Of a stretch of 64,000 nt of DNA, positions 18,010 to 27,680 are shown one piece after another. The notes beneath the pieces were generated by a model that saw only the letters and a list, made by a program, of their open reading frames with translations, did not search any database and was not told the DNA's origin. The stretch is taken from contig CBDIID010000003.1 in assembly GCA_965279515.1 (NCBI GenBank), positions 2,720,001-2,784,000 on the forward strand. Direction: 5' to 3'. Within the stretch, counting starts at the first letter, position 1, and each line of letters starts with the position of its first letter. The position numbers and the translations under genes were made by a program. This stretch comes from Turneriella sp. (GTDB lineage Bacteria; Spirochaetota; Leptospiria; Turneriellales; Turneriellaceae).

Positions 18010-18738
18010 ATGAAAACTACAATACAAAAATTTTTCCTCTGGGGAGCCCTCTGCGGGGGTGTTCTGTTCGCACAAGAGACGGAACGAGCGGTTGTGACGG
18101 CAGCCCTGAAAATGCGCAGCGAGCCTTCGGTAACGGCCTCTGTCATCGGCACAATAAAAAAAGGGACGGTCGTTAAGATTCTCGGAAAAAGCAGCACGGA
18201 AGTCACAATCGACAACATCACCGATTTTTGGTATCGCGCAGAGGGTGCGGGTAAGACAGGCTGGCTTTTCGGCGGTTACACAGATTCGGGCTTTAAGCAG
18301 GTCGGGGGGAACTCCAACGTCATGCTCTGGCAAGCGCGCACGGGTGGCGAAACAAGAAACCTGATTGCCTACGATGTGATCGCACAGAAAGAAAGAAAAT
18401 TCGCGGTGTTACCTGAAAGTGTTGGCTGCGAACTCTCTGATGATTTGCGTTACCTGGCTTGCGATGCCGGGACGGATACCGTTGGCTCACTGCTAGTCTT
18501 CGAATTCCAGACAACACGGAAGATTCATGAAGGTCTCTATGAACCGCGTGAATTCGCCTGGAAAGCAAATGCTTTGCGCTTTGATCATGTCTTGTGCATA
18601 GATGATGGGTTCACGATTAAGGAAGAGTGGGTAATTACAGCTGGTAAAGTCAAGAAGACGGGTATATATAGGCGCGGTGGGTACCATGTCGGTGTGACGT
18701 CGGGCGATTGCGCAAAATTTAAGAAGCTCGCGAAGTAA
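18010..18738 (+). CDS. Secreted SH3b-domain protein
   Basis: Signal peptide; LKMRSEPS...VIGTIKKG...WYR...GWLFGGY bacterial SH3 pattern. Confidence 0.8.
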   Translation: MKTTIQKFFLWGALCGGVLFAQETERAVVTAALKMRSEPSVTASVIGTIKKGTVVKILGKSSTEVTIDNITDFWYRAEGAGKTGWLFGGYTDSGFKQVGGNSNVMLWQARTGGETRNLIAYDVIAQKERKFAVLPESVGCELSDDLRYLACDAGTDTVGSLLVFEFQTTRKIHEGLYEPREFAWKANALRFDHVLCIDDGFTIKEEWVITAGKVKKTGIYRRGGYHVGVTSGDCAKFKKLAK

Positions 18739-18859
18739 CCTCGGCTCAGTTAACAAAAAATATCTGCGGGGTTAAGGTATGTGTGGGCCAGCCGGTCCGC
18801 CACACGCATAGGCCATATGAGGGATTGCCACTTGTCATAATTCATGCTACGCTTGGGGC

Positions 18860-20761
18860 ATGCTGATCCGCATAGCCCCCGCTGAACGCAGGCTATTCAA
18901 GGCACCATCGGGTTCCTTGGGTCCAGCATTCCGTGCTGGACTCCTGCTCACCGCCCTTTTCACCCTCGCGTCAAGCTGCAAACTAGTCACGCCCGACAGC
19001 TTTCTGGACCCCACCCCGGATAGCAACGAACTGCTCAAGACCATGAACGTGCGCAACAATGGCGAGCTGTGGAGCGGTGTTGTGGCGGGTGACTTGCCTG
19101 CGGGGGTAACTGGCGTCGACGTGAAGTTCGACGATGGCCCATGGAAAAAGGCAGAGATCAACGGTAACAGGTGGCGGGTATTTATTCCTACGGGTGCCGA
19201 GGCCGCTGCAGGCAGGCAGCGCTGGCAGGTGGGGAGTCGGCATCGACTACAGGCCCGAATGGCGGCCCCCAATGGCAATTATCGCAATCCCGTCAGCATT
19301 AATTTTTTCCGTCAGCTAAACAAAGATACAAACGCCGACGGCTATGCTGACAACATTGTTGGCGCTCCACTCTATAATTCTAACCAAGGTCGAGTTTACA
19401 TTTTTACCGGCACGCTCGGCGGAATCGCCAGTCAGGTTGCAACTGCGGCGAACGCGGTTCTAACCGGTGAGGCGTCCAACAACTACTTTGGCGGGTCTGT
19501 TGCGCTCGGCGACGTTAATGGCGATGGATATTCCGACGCAATTGTCGGTGCGTACCGCTACAATACATATCAAGGGCGAGTATATATTTTTTATGGAACA
19601 ACGACCGGAATTGCCAGTCAATCTGCGACAACTGCAGGAGTAACCCTTACGGGTGAGGGTTCAAATAATGGGTTCGGGGTTTCTATCTCGCTTGGCGACA
19701 TCAATGGCGACGGCTACACCGACGTTATCGTAGGTGCCAATCGAATAAATACGAATCAAGGTGCGGGGTACATTTTCCATGGTGCCTCAGCAGGAATTGC
19801 CAGTCAGGGGGCGGCCACAGCCAATACGATCTTTAGTGGAATAGCCGCAGCGGATGAATTAGGCTACTCGCTGGCGCTTGGTGATGTCAATGCGGATGGG
19901 TGTGCTGATGTCGTTATAGCCGCTTATCGCGACAATAACACCTATCAGGGCCGGGCATATATCTTCCAAGGTAGCCTCTCTGGTATCGCCAGCCAGAGCA
20001 CTGCAACGGCAAATACGACTCTTACCGGAGAGGCTGCGTTGGATAAGTTTGGCTGGTCAGTTGCAATCGGCGACGTAAACGCCGACAGTTATGCTGATAT
20101 AGCAGTCGGTGCCCCCGGTTTCAACGGTGGCACTAATCAAGGCCGAGCTTACTTGTTTCATGGGTCACCTACCGGAATCGCCAGCCAAGGCGCGGCGGCC
20201 GCAAATACGATCTTGACCGCCGAGGGATCGAGCAATGAATTGGGGTCTGCCGTTTCGCTCAGCGATATTAATGGTGACGGTTTTTCAGACCTCTTGATCG
20301 GTGCCGTCCGGTATAACAACAACTACCAAGGCCGTGCGTATGTTTTTCAAGGGGGTGCATCTGGTATCGCCAGCCAAGGCGCCGCAGCGGCAAACACGAT
20401 TCTCACGGGGCAGGGCGCCGGGGATCAATTTGGAGGTGCCGTGGCGTTGAGTGACCTTAATGGAGACGGTTACACAGATATCTTGGTCGGTGCAAATCAA
20501 GCCAATGGCACCGGGCAATCATATATATTCAAGGGCGGATCATTTGGTGTATCCAGCCAGAGTGCAGGCACTGCAAATGGGATTCTAACTGGAGAATCAA
20601 GTGGTAATCAATACGGCAGCTCCGTCGGCTCCCTCGCACCCGCCCTGCGCCCTTCTCCCGCGAATTTGAATCATCCAAGCCCCCCCTCTCCATTCATGGG
20701 TAGGGGATGGGGGTGTGGTCAAGACGCCTTACCTGCTCGCCGCGAAGAGGACATTGCATGA
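18860..20761 (+). CDS. FG-GAP (integrin alpha beta-propeller) repeat lipoprotein
   Basis: Lipobox-like LFTLASSC; seven repeats of FG.SVALGDVNGDGY.D.IVGA...QGRVYIF.G. Confidence 0.9.
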   Translation: MLIRIAPAERRLFKAPSGSLGPAFRAGLLLTALFTLASSCKLVTPDSFLDPTPDSNELLKTMNVRNNGELWSGVVAGDLPAGVTGVDVKFDDGPWKKAEINGNRWRVFIPTGAEAAAGRQRWQVGSRHRLQARMAAPNGNYRNPVSINFFRQLNKDTNADGYADNIVGAPLYNSNQGRVYIFTGTLGGIASQVATAANAVLTGEASNNYFGGSVALGDVNGDGYSDAIVGAYRYNTYQGRVYIFYGTTTGIASQSATTAGVTLTGEGSNNGFGVSISLGDINGDGYTDVIVGANRINTNQGAGYIFHGASAGIASQGAATANTIFSGIAAADELGYSLALGDVNADGCADVVIAAYRDNNTYQGRAYIFQGSLSGIASQSTATANTTLTGEAALDKFGWSVAIGDVNADSYADIAVGAPGFNGGTNQGRAYLFHGSPTGIASQGAAAANTILTAEGSSNELGSAVSLSDINGDGFSDLLIGAVRYNNNYQGRAYVFQGGASGIASQGAAAANTILTGQGAGDQFGGAVALSDLNGDGYTDILVGANQANGTGQSYIFKGGSFGVSSQSAGTANGILTGESSGNQYGSSVGSLAPALRPSPANLNHPSPPSPFMGRGWGCGQDALPARREEDIA

Positions 20762-20823
20762 TCAGAAAGACCTTACCCCTCTCCACATGGTGGGGAGGGG
20801 TCGCACTATGCGCGGGGGTGGGG
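20681..20823. repeat. Two degenerate CCCCTCTCC...GGAGGGG palindromic elements inside coding sequence
   Basis: 20681-20718 encodes the FG-GAP C-tail (PPSPFMGRGWG); 20775-20823 encodes the N-terminal signal region of the next gene (PLSTWWGGVALCAGVG). Confidence 0.6.
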
Positions 20824-22236
20824 TTCCTCTTAGCCATCCCTTCGACCGCGCTCAGCGCAGCCGACCTCAAACGCCGCGTGCTTGTGCTCCCCTTCGACAA
20901 TCTGCAGAAGAACAGAGACGTCGCATGGATGTCCGATTCGATCGCCGACAACCTGAAAAACGATCTCTTGAAATCCAATCGTTTCGAGGTGCTCGATGTC
21001 ACATTGCTGCGAAAGATCGATCCTACAATGCAGTTCCAAAATCTTTCGGCAACAAACGCCTCGGCGTTTGCGAAGAGGCTAAACTGTGAAGTCGCAGTCG
21101 TGGGGCGTTTTACCGCACGAAAACAAGGCCGTCAGACTATTGTTAGCTTTGAAGCCGAAGGTGTTGATGCACTCGAAGAAAAGTCCGTTGTCGTGCGCAA
21201 CCAGGAAGCGCGTATCGACGCCGGTATTTTTGATGTCGTAGAACGCCTTGCTTCTGAAGTTTCAGACGAACTCGCCACTAAACTCAAACCCTTGGACGTA
21301 GCCAGCTTCAAACGCGATAACAAACTCGAAATACTTATCAGGCGCCTCGAAAACCCACCCAAGGGCTTTCTGGATGATCTGCAGGTCGCGGGTTTCGCAC
21401 TAAAACCAACATTCGATATTGATACATTCGACTACAGCGTCGAATTCAACTATGAAGATTTGGAACGCCACAAAGAAGTCGACATCAAGTTCATGTACTG
21501 GGGAAGACAGTATGAACCGGATTTTGCAGGCAATCAGGATCTGCGCTGTAGCGCCAGCAAGTGCCGGCTGGCCGGGGGAAATCCCGTGCTTGCAATGACA
21601 AAATCCGCCAGGGAAAAAGATAAGACCTATCGGGTGCGATTTAATCTACCCGATCCACGCGGCCCGGTTGTCGCACGCTGGTGGCTGACGACCGGATATC
21701 CTTACATGCAGAGCTTCTCTGCGCTGAACATGAAAAATCCCGAAGCAATTGAGCCGGGTTCAAAGCTGCAGCTGGACGCCATGAAAGGCTTTGCTTTTTT
21801 CGAAGCGGGTCTAACACCGGGCCGGTGGCAATTTTTACCAGGACAGCTACGCTACTCCATAGTCTTGCAATCGAGTTATGGCCAGGGGGAAATGGCACAA
21901 TATCTCGCCGACAACCCTACGAAGGCGAAAATACATTTATTATCGGTAGGCGGCGGTATACGCATTGATCGCCTGTATAAGTTGGGCAACATATGGTCAT
22001 GGGCACCTTTTCTGGGAGTAATTGTGCATTACCAACGCTACTTTCGCGACTTCAATGATAATTTCTTGCATACCGTTGGATTTACTCCGGAGATTGGAAT
22101 CAATAATTACTTACGTCTCAATTCCAAATCACGATGGAATCTGATGCTTACACTCGCAGCCGGCACCTATCTTTACTTAGACCAGAATTTATCGTATTTT
22201 CGCGCCGCGGTCGGTGTAGAATATGTAATCAAATGA
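20758..22236 (+). CDS. Outer-membrane protein: TolB-N/CsgG-like N-domain, cadherin-like beta-sandwich, C-terminal beta-barrel
   Basis: VLVLPFDN...WMSDSIADNL; LKPTFDIDTFDYSV; amphipathic strands ending YFRAAVGVEYVIK. ATGA overlap with the FG-GAP gene; GAGGA RBS. Confidence 0.7.
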   Translation: MIRKTLPLSTWWGGVALCAGVGFLLAIPSTALSAADLKRRVLVLPFDNLQKNRDVAWMSDSIADNLKNDLLKSNRFEVLDVTLLRKIDPTMQFQNLSATNASAFAKRLNCEVAVVGRFTARKQGRQTIVSFEAEGVDALEEKSVVVRNQEARIDAGIFDVVERLASEVSDELATKLKPLDVASFKRDNKLEILIRRLENPPKGFLDDLQVAGFALKPTFDIDTFDYSVEFNYEDLERHKEVDIKFMYWGRQYEPDFAGNQDLRCSASKCRLAGGNPVLAMTKSAREKDKTYRVRFNLPDPRGPVVARWWLTTGYPYMQSFSALNMKNPEAIEPGSKLQLDAMKGFAFFEAGLTPGRWQFLPGQLRYSIVLQSSYGQGEMAQYLADNPTKAKIHLLSVGGGIRIDRLYKLGNIWSWAPFLGVIVHYQRYFRDFNDNFLHTVGFTPEIGINNYLRLNSKSRWNLMLTLAAGTYLYLDQNLSYFRAAVGVEYVIK

Positions 22237-22348
22237 CAGATTCAGCTGTAGAATGGAAAAAATTTTGTTACCCTTCAATAGAATATCTTCATAAACAGTA
22301 TTCTTTTTGTTGTCCCGGCGCGATTTGACTCTCACGAGTCACTATAGT

Positions 22349-22960
22349 ATGCAGAAAGAATTCTGGAACGAACGTTACGCTAAAAACAGCTATGTTTATG
22401 GCGAAGAACCCAACGATTACCTGAAAGAGCGGCTGAAGCCGGGTAAGGGGCTCTGGCTTTTTCCGGCCGAAGGCGAAGGCCGCAACGCCGTCTATGCGGC
22501 TTCGCTGGGCTTCCAAATTTTCGCCTTCGACCAAAGCGAAGCCGGACGCACGAAGGCGATCCGCCTCGCAAAGGCGAAGGGCGTTGAGATTGAATACGCT
22601 GTCGGCCCGGTGCAAGATATCGAGCTTCCGGCGGACCATTTCGACGGTACCGCGCTGATCTATGCGCATTTTCTTCCGGAGTTTCGCAAGGCGGCCTACA
22701 GAAAAATTGTGCAAAGTTTAAAGGCGAATGGCCGCATCATCTTCGAAGCCTTCAGCAAACAACAACTCGACTACCAGGCGCGCGGTGAAAAATCCGGCGG
22801 CCCGCAAGACGCCGGCATGTTATTCAGCGAAGCGGAGGTACACGAACTATTTGAGGGCATCACCTTTGACGCAATTGAAGAACGTGAAATAGCCCTACAC
22901 GAAGGGGATTTCCACCACGGCAAGGGACATGTCGTGCGGTTCACGGGGTATAAGGCTTAA
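22349..22960 (+). CDS. Class I SAM-dependent methyltransferase (TehB-like)
   Basis: FWNERY...YVYGEEPN, AEGEGRNAVY, SGGP motifs. Confidence 0.9.
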   Translation: MQKEFWNERYAKNSYVYGEEPNDYLKERLKPGKGLWLFPAEGEGRNAVYAASLGFQIFAFDQSEAGRTKAIRLAKAKGVEIEYAVGPVQDIELPADHFDGTALIYAHFLPEFRKAAYRKIVQSLKANGRIIFEAFSKQQLDYQARGEKSGGPQDAGMLFSEAEVHELFEGITFDAIEEREIALHEGDFHHGKGHVVRFTGYKA

Positions 22961-23513
22961 GCCAGCCGCAATCTGCGGCAAAACCTTCGGGAGCAATACC
23001 CAGACCCTGCGCGAGCCTTGCCCAATAATTTACCTGCGCACAGGTAGCAGTGAGTAAGAGGTATTCCCGCTCTGACAAATGTTGCCGCACCTCGCGCGCC
23101 AGAGTGTCATTGACGACAATCGGTGTCGCAGTCAAGGCCCGCGCGAGCTGAAGTGCAGCGCGTTCCGCGGCCGAAAACGTGGCAATGGTTTCAGGCGGTT
23201 GTTCGCTCTGAAGCGCCGTGATTTCTGCGCGGGTTATTCCCACATCGGCAAAATCCACCGCATTCATATCAAGACAAAAGGCACAGGAGGCGCGCAGTGA
23301 CACCTCCAGCCGAACCAATTTCAAAAGCCGCGCAGTCAACGCTCCCTCAGGGCGGGTTGCCGCAGCTTCGAGAATTCCGGATGCAAGGGCCAGTTTCGGC
23401 GACCACGCCAGCAGCCGGGGCAAGGCCATATCCTTACCCGCGATTTTTTTCGTAATCCAAAGGAAAAGCCGCATCCACAAACCGAGGCGCTCTGGCATGC
23501 GGAGATACGGCAT
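22941..23513 (-). CDS. AhpD/carboxymuconolactone decarboxylase family protein
   Basis: VSLRASCAFCLDMN CxxC motif; FSAAERAAL. Confidence 0.85.
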   Translation of the reverse strand: MPYLRMPERLGLWMRLFLWITKKIAGKDMALPRLLAWSPKLALASGILEAAATRPEGALTARLLKLVRLEVSLRASCAFCLDMNAVDFADVGITRAEITALQSEQPPETIATFSAAERAALQLARALTATPIVVNDTLAREVRQHLSEREYLLLTATCAQVNYWARLAQGLGIAPEGFAADCGWLKPYTP

Positions 23514-23516
23514 GTG

Positions 23517-24350
23517 TCACGCCTTCCACGGCCAGAGCAATTGCCCGGAAAAACTTCTCGGGAATTTGGGCTCGTTGTTGAGCCCTATTTCAATGGGCGC
23601 TCTGCCAGGATCATAGGCGGTACGGAACAACCAATCCCAGAGCGAGAGCGAAATCGCGAAGTTCACACCGTAGCGGTTGGGTAACTCTTTCGCATGGTGC
23701 CAGAGATGCAGCTCTGCGGTATTGAAGATATATTTGAGCGGCCCCCAGGGCAACCTGAAGTTGGCATGGTTGAGATGCCCGATCCCCAGAGATATGACGT
23801 AGATAATAAAAACATCCCGCACACCGCTGCCAATCATGAAGAAGACCAGATATTCGGGCACGCGGTAGATGATGTTTTCGGCCCAATGGTAGCGCAGGTG
23901 CACCGGAAAACTCATCTGCGTCGCGCTGTGGTGCACTTCGTGGAGCTTCCACAAAAACGGCACGCGGTGCAGAATGATGTGGATGTTCCATTGTAAAAAA
24001 TCCCGTATCAGAAAGAGGATGATGATCTGCAATACCGTGGGTAATTCCCGCAACGAAATCCATCCGCGCAGCGATTCCACAACGGTAATTTTCTCAAACG
24101 CACCCGACAGTAAAGCGCTCAGCGTCGCATAACCCAAAAGCGGAAAGAAAAACATGTTAAAGAACATGTAGAAAATATCGAGTCCGAGTTCCGGACGAAG
24201 CACGCGTTGTCCACGCCGCCACGGCCGCGCCAGCTCAAAGGCAAAAACGACCAGCGAGGCCACGACCAGCAACCAGAAAAAATTTCCCCAGCCGGGGTGG
24301 AGCACAGAAGCGGCGAAGTCACGCCAACCCTGTGTCCACATCTCGATCAC
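23517..24350 (-). CDS. Sterol desaturase/fatty acid hydroxylase family protein
   Basis: His boxes HIILH, HEVHH, HLNH, HLWHH; GTGA overlap with the upstream ORF. Confidence 0.9.
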   Translation of the reverse strand: MIEMWTQGWRDFAASVLHPGWGNFFWLLVVASLVVFAFELARPWRRGQRVLRPELGLDIFYMFFNMFFFPLLGYATLSALLSGAFEKITVVESLRGWISLRELPTVLQIIILFLIRDFLQWNIHIILHRVPFLWKLHEVHHSATQMSFPVHLRYHWAENIIYRVPEYLVFFMIGSGVRDVFIIYVISLGIGHLNHANFRLPWGPLKYIFNTAELHLWHHAKELPNRYGVNFAISLSLWDWLFRTAYDPGRAPIEIGLNNEPKFPRSFSGQLLWPWKA

Positions 24351-24568
24351 GCCGCCGCCTTGCGCCGTAAGTGCAACGCCAGATACAGAGTGTATAGGAC
24401 CGCACCCGCGAGTGGCAGGCCATGCAACGCAAAGTCAAACCAATCCATCGGTTGGCTCAGCCAACCATTCACGAACAATTTCCACTTTTGTATGAGATGA
24501 GGCTGTTCGCCGAATGGCAGGGCCGCCATCAGCAGCCCCGCAAGTAACGGTAATACGGCGCGTCGCAT
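24347..24568 (-). CDS. Small membrane protein (73 aa)
   Basis: MRRAVLPLLAGLLMAALPFGEQPHLIQKWK...PMDWFDFALHGLP; sits inside the operon between rhodanese and desaturase. Confidence 0.75.
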   Translation of the reverse strand: MRRAVLPLLAGLLMAALPFGEQPHLIQKWKLFVNGWLSQPMDWFDFALHGLPLAGAVLYTLYLALHLRRKAAA

Positions 24569-24569
24569 T

Positions 24570-24929
24570 TCAAAGGCTCTGCAGGTTGCCCTGGTTGACG
24601 CCGTTTTCGACCTGGGTGAATCCCGCACTTTGCAAGAAGCGCTGCGCTGAACCGGAGCGACCGCCCGAGGCGCAGTAGACAATCACGGGTTTATTTTTAT
24701 CACCCAGCGTGTTCATTTTCGCCGGCAATTCATCCAGCGGAATATTCACCGCGCCGGCGAAATGCCCCATGGAAAATTCACCCCGGCTGCGCACATCGAT
24801 AATCTTAGCGCCCTGTTGTAACATCTCTTTCAGTTTCACTTTGTTTCCTCCCATCTTCCAACGTTTGTAAAAGAAAAAAACGGCAAATGTGAAAAATGCC
24901 GCAATGAGTATAAGCTGTTGTGTCGTCAT
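24570..24929 (-). CDS. Membrane-anchored rhodanese-like sulfurtransferase
   Basis: N-terminal TM; IDVR, GHFAGAVNIP, YCASGGRS active loop. Confidence 0.9.
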   Translation of the reverse strand: MTTQQLILIAAFFTFAVFFFYKRWKMGGNKVKLKEMLQQGAKIIDVRSRGEFSMGHFAGAVNIPLDELPAKMNTLGDKNKPVIVYCASGGRSGSAQRFLQSAGFTQVENGVNQGNLQSL

Positions 24930-26578
24930 AACTCCCCCTGCACACCATGCGCCGCTACCGCGAGATAGCCGCCCGAAATATTAAGAACATCATTAAACCC
25001 CGATTGTTTGAGAATACGCTGCGCGATATAACTGCGCTGACCAGACTGGCACAGTAAGGCGAGTGGTTTGTTGTGTGGGATTTCCCCCAGGTGGTCGCGT
25101 ATGGTATCGACTGGGATCTGTGCTTCGCTTTTTACGGGAAAGCTTTTGATTTCGCCGGGATTCCGCACATCGATCACGGCAAATTCACTGCGCCGCGCCT
25201 TGAGCTCCGCCGGCGAGATCACCGGCGCAATGCCCGAATGGTGGTTCATGGCCTGAAATGCCGCAAAGTTCACCGGATCATTGGCAGATGAATACGGCGG
25301 CGCATAACTCAGGTCGAGGCCGGCGAGATCATAGATCGTCAGCCAGCCGACGATTGCCGTCGCGATAACATCAATGCGTTTTTCTACGCCATCGGGCCCG
25401 AAGGCCTGTGCACCCAGAACCCGACCATCCACTGGTGAAAAGACCAGCTTGAAGGCGATGCGCTCCGCGCCGGGATAATAACCCGCGTGGTTGTTGCTGT
25501 GGACCATCACCGCTTGCGCGGCGATGCCCGCCTGTTTCGCGGCCTTTTCGGTAAGCCCGGTAAAAGCCAATGTCTGATCAAAGATCTTGATTACAGCCGA
25601 GCCTGCGGCGCCGCGGTAGCGGCAGCGGTTGCCCATCAGGGCATTTTCAGCCGCAAGCCGACCCTGCCGGTTCGCCGGTCCCGCCAACGGAATGCGTGTG
25701 GCCGCATGCGTGATCCGATTCTGAATCTCGGCCATATCGCCGACGGCATAGATATCGGTGTCGGATGTCTGCATAAAGTCATTCACAACAACCCCCCCGG
25801 TTTTTCCGATCTGGAGGCCTGTCTTTTGCGCCAAACCCGTCTCTGGTTTGACTCCGGCAGCGAAGACGGCAAAATCCACCTCAATATTGGAATCATCGGA
25901 AAGCGTGAGTTTTCCGCCAGGCGCTGCGGATTTAATCGTGGTTTGTGTCCGGACCTCCACACCTTTGCGCACCAGTTCTTGACCCGCCAGATTCGAGAAT
26001 TCAGGGTCGAGATTCGGCATCACATTCGCGGCAAACTCGAGCAGTGTGACTTTAAAGCCCTTGAGTATGAGCGCTTCGGCCACCTCGATGCCGATGAAAC
26101 CGCCGCCAACAACGGCGACATGCTTCTTTTCAGCCTTTTGCATTTGCGCAATAATGAGATCCATATCTTCGATCCAGCGCAGGGAGAAGTGCGGCAGATT
26201 TTCGAGGCCCTCGAGCTGCGGCTGCATTGGGTCGCCGCCCTGCGAGAGAATCAGTTTATCGTAGGAAATTGTTTCGTTGCCGCCGGGATGTGTATAGGTG
26301 ACGGTTTTTGCCACCCGATCAATACCTGTCACACGCGCATCAACGACAGCCTTGATGCGGTAGCGGTTCCAAAGATCCTCGGGAGTTCTAAGCAGAAGCG
26401 ATTCGCGCTTTGGTATATCGCCGCCGATATGGTAGGGTAAGCCACAGTTAGCGAAGGAGATATAACCACTGGCTTCCAGCAGCGTGATCTCCGCGTTTTC
26501 ATCGAGCCGACGCGCACGGCCCGCTGCAGTTGCACCGCCGGCAACGCCACCAACTATAACAAGTTTTTTCTTTTCCAT
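24926..26578 (-). CDS. CoA-disulfide/persulfide reductase with C-terminal rhodanese domain (CoADR-RHD)
   Basis: GGVAGG, SFANCGLPY, GGGFIG, YAPPY, C-terminal CQSGQRS. Confidence 0.92.
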   Translation of the reverse strand: MEKKKLVIVGGVAGGATAAGRARRLDENAEITLLEASGYISFANCGLPYHIGGDIPKRESLLLRTPEDLWNRYRIKAVVDARVTGIDRVAKTVTYTHPGGNETISYDKLILSQGGDPMQPQLEGLENLPHFSLRWIEDMDLIIAQMQKAEKKHVAVVGGGFIGIEVAEALILKGFKVTLLEFAANVMPNLDPEFSNLAGQELVRKGVEVRTQTTIKSAAPGGKLTLSDDSNIEVDFAVFAAGVKPETGLAQKTGLQIGKTGGVVVNDFMQTSDTDIYAVGDMAEIQNRITHAATRIPLAGPANRQGRLAAENALMGNRCRYRGAAGSAVIKIFDQTLAFTGLTEKAAKQAGIAAQAVMVHSNNHAGYYPGAERIAFKLVFSPVDGRVLGAQAFGPDGVEKRIDVIATAIVGWLTIYDLAGLDLSYAPPYSSANDPVNFAAFQAMNHHSGIAPVISPAELKARRSEFAVIDVRNPGEIKSFPVKSEAQIPVDTIRDHLGEIPHNKPLALLCQSGQRSYIAQRILKQSGFNDVLNISGGYLAVAAHGVQGEL

Positions 26579-26579
26579 T

Positions 26580-26747
26580 TTATCTCCAGCCGATCATGGC
26601 ACCGATAAAGGCACCGTAGAGAATTGCAGGCACGGGTTTCGATGTCAGCGGACAGGCGCCCGTAGCGCAGCCGATGAATCTGTAATAGAGGTAGCCAAGC
26701 ACCCCACCCGCCACGATACCAAGTATTATATAAAGAGGATTGTTCAT
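26580..26747 (-). CDS. Small membrane protein with CxxGxCP motif (DUF6132-like, 55 aa)
   Basis: Hand translation MNNPLYIILGIVAGGVLGYLYYRFIGCATGACPLTSKPVPAILYGAFIGAMIGWR; fills the operon gap exactly. Confidence 0.8.
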   Translation of the reverse strand: MNNPLYIILGIVAGGVLGYLYYRFIGCATGACPLTSKPVPAILYGAFIGAMIGWR

Positions 26748-26754
26748 GCTTGCC

Positions 26755-27033
26755 TCAGATACTGAATGCAGCCTGAATGACGGATTGCAGATTGTCGCGC
26801 ATCTGGTTCATGGGCTTTTTTTGCGCCACACATTCAGCCATATGCACTTCAACATAGGCCTCGGCAAATTTCCACAACGCATTGCGGATTGCCTTGATTT
26901 GCGCCATATCGGCGACACAGTCGGATTCACCCGTCGCCACGCGTTTTTTGAGCCCTTCGAGCTGGCCCGTGATGCGGTTTAACCGATGCCCCAGGTCTTC
27001 GCGGGACACTTCGGTCTTTGCCTTATATACCAT
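26755..27033 (-). CDS. CsoR/RcnR family metal/persulfide-sensing repressor
   Basis: RLNRITGQLEGL...C...QIKAIRNAL...HMAEC. Confidence 0.9.
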   Translation of the reverse strand: MVYKAKTEVSREDLGHRLNRITGQLEGLKKRVATGESDCVADMAQIKAIRNALWKFAEAYVEVHMAECVAQKKPMNQMRDNLQSVIQAAFSI

Positions 27034-27049
27034 ACCGGGTATAGTATAT
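27025..27049. promoter_or_regulatory. Probable CsoR-family operator palindrome
   Basis: ATATAC-C-ATACC-G-GGTAT-A-GTATAT; 11 of 12 pairs match around 27037; overlaps the repressor start codon. Confidence 0.75.
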
Positions 27050-27121
27050 TTGTGGGCGATAGTCGCCCAATTTTTTATACTAGGTTTAAGCGCGGGGAAA
27101 TCCCGCTCAAAAGGGGGATTT

Positions 27122-27337
27122 ATGAAGACAAATATGGGATTAGAAGATCGAATTGTCCGCTTATTGGCGGCCGCTGGCGTAGCCGTGCTCTATGGGTTGG
27201 GCTATCTCTCGGGCACGATGGCATTGATTTTAGGGGGCGTTGCCGTAATCTTTTTGGCGACCAGCCTCATCGGCGTGTGCCCGTTGTACCTGCCATTCGG
27301 CCTTTCCACCGTACGCAGAAAGCTCAGCGGAGGATAA
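27122..27337 (+). CDS. DUF2892/YgaP-like membrane protein
   Basis: MKTNMGLEDRIVR...GVCPLYLPFGLST. Confidence 0.9.
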   Translation: MKTNMGLEDRIVRLLAAAGVAVLYGLGYLSGTMALILGGVAVIFLATSLIGVCPLYLPFGLSTVRRKLSGG

Positions 27338-27339
27338 TT

Positions 27340-27672
27340 ATGAAGAACCTGATTCTTCTGGTGGCAGCGGCTTTTGCCGCTGTGACCTGTGGCAAAAAGA
27401 CAAACGACACAGACCTGAAGACATTGCTGGAAAGCAAAGCTCTCGTCGTCGACGTGCGCACACCTGCTGAATTTGCCTCGGGCCATCATCCCCGGGCAGT
27501 GAATATTCCGGTCGATGAGGTCGATCGCCGCCTCGCGGAATTCGGTGATAAGAAGAAACCGGTTGTGCTCTACTGCCAATCCGGCAACCGCAGCGGCCGG
27601 GCGAAGCAGACGCTGGAAGCCGCCGGATTTACAGCTGTTACCAACGCAGGGGGCTATCGCGATCTGCCGTGA
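27340..27672 (+). CDS. Rhodanese-like lipoprotein (PspE-like)
   Basis: Lipobox FAAVTC; VDVRTPAEF, YCQSGNRS; GGAGG RBS. Confidence 0.88.
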   Translation: MKNLILLVAAAFAAVTCGKKTNDTDLKTLLESKALVVDVRTPAEFASGHHPRAVNIPVDEVDRRLAEFGDKKKPVVLYCQSGNRSGRAKQTLEAAGFTAVTNAGGYRDLP

Positions 27673-27680
27673 GGTATTCT

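Noticed and set aside
18777..18810. Imperfect hairpin upstream of the FG-GAP gene, possible riboswitch or ncRNA
   Set aside because: No recognisable family motif; an Rfam search would be needed.
19320..20630. Regularly spaced DNA repeats (ATCGCCAGCCA..., GGCGACGT.AA) that could suggest a CRISPR array
   Set aside because: They are degenerate in-frame FG-GAP protein repeats, not identical repeats with unique spacers; there are no cas genes.
25487..26440. 317-aa plus-strand ORF
   Set aside because: It is the antisense shadow of the CoADR-rhodanese gene with no motifs; the same applies to most short overlapping ORFs in the track.
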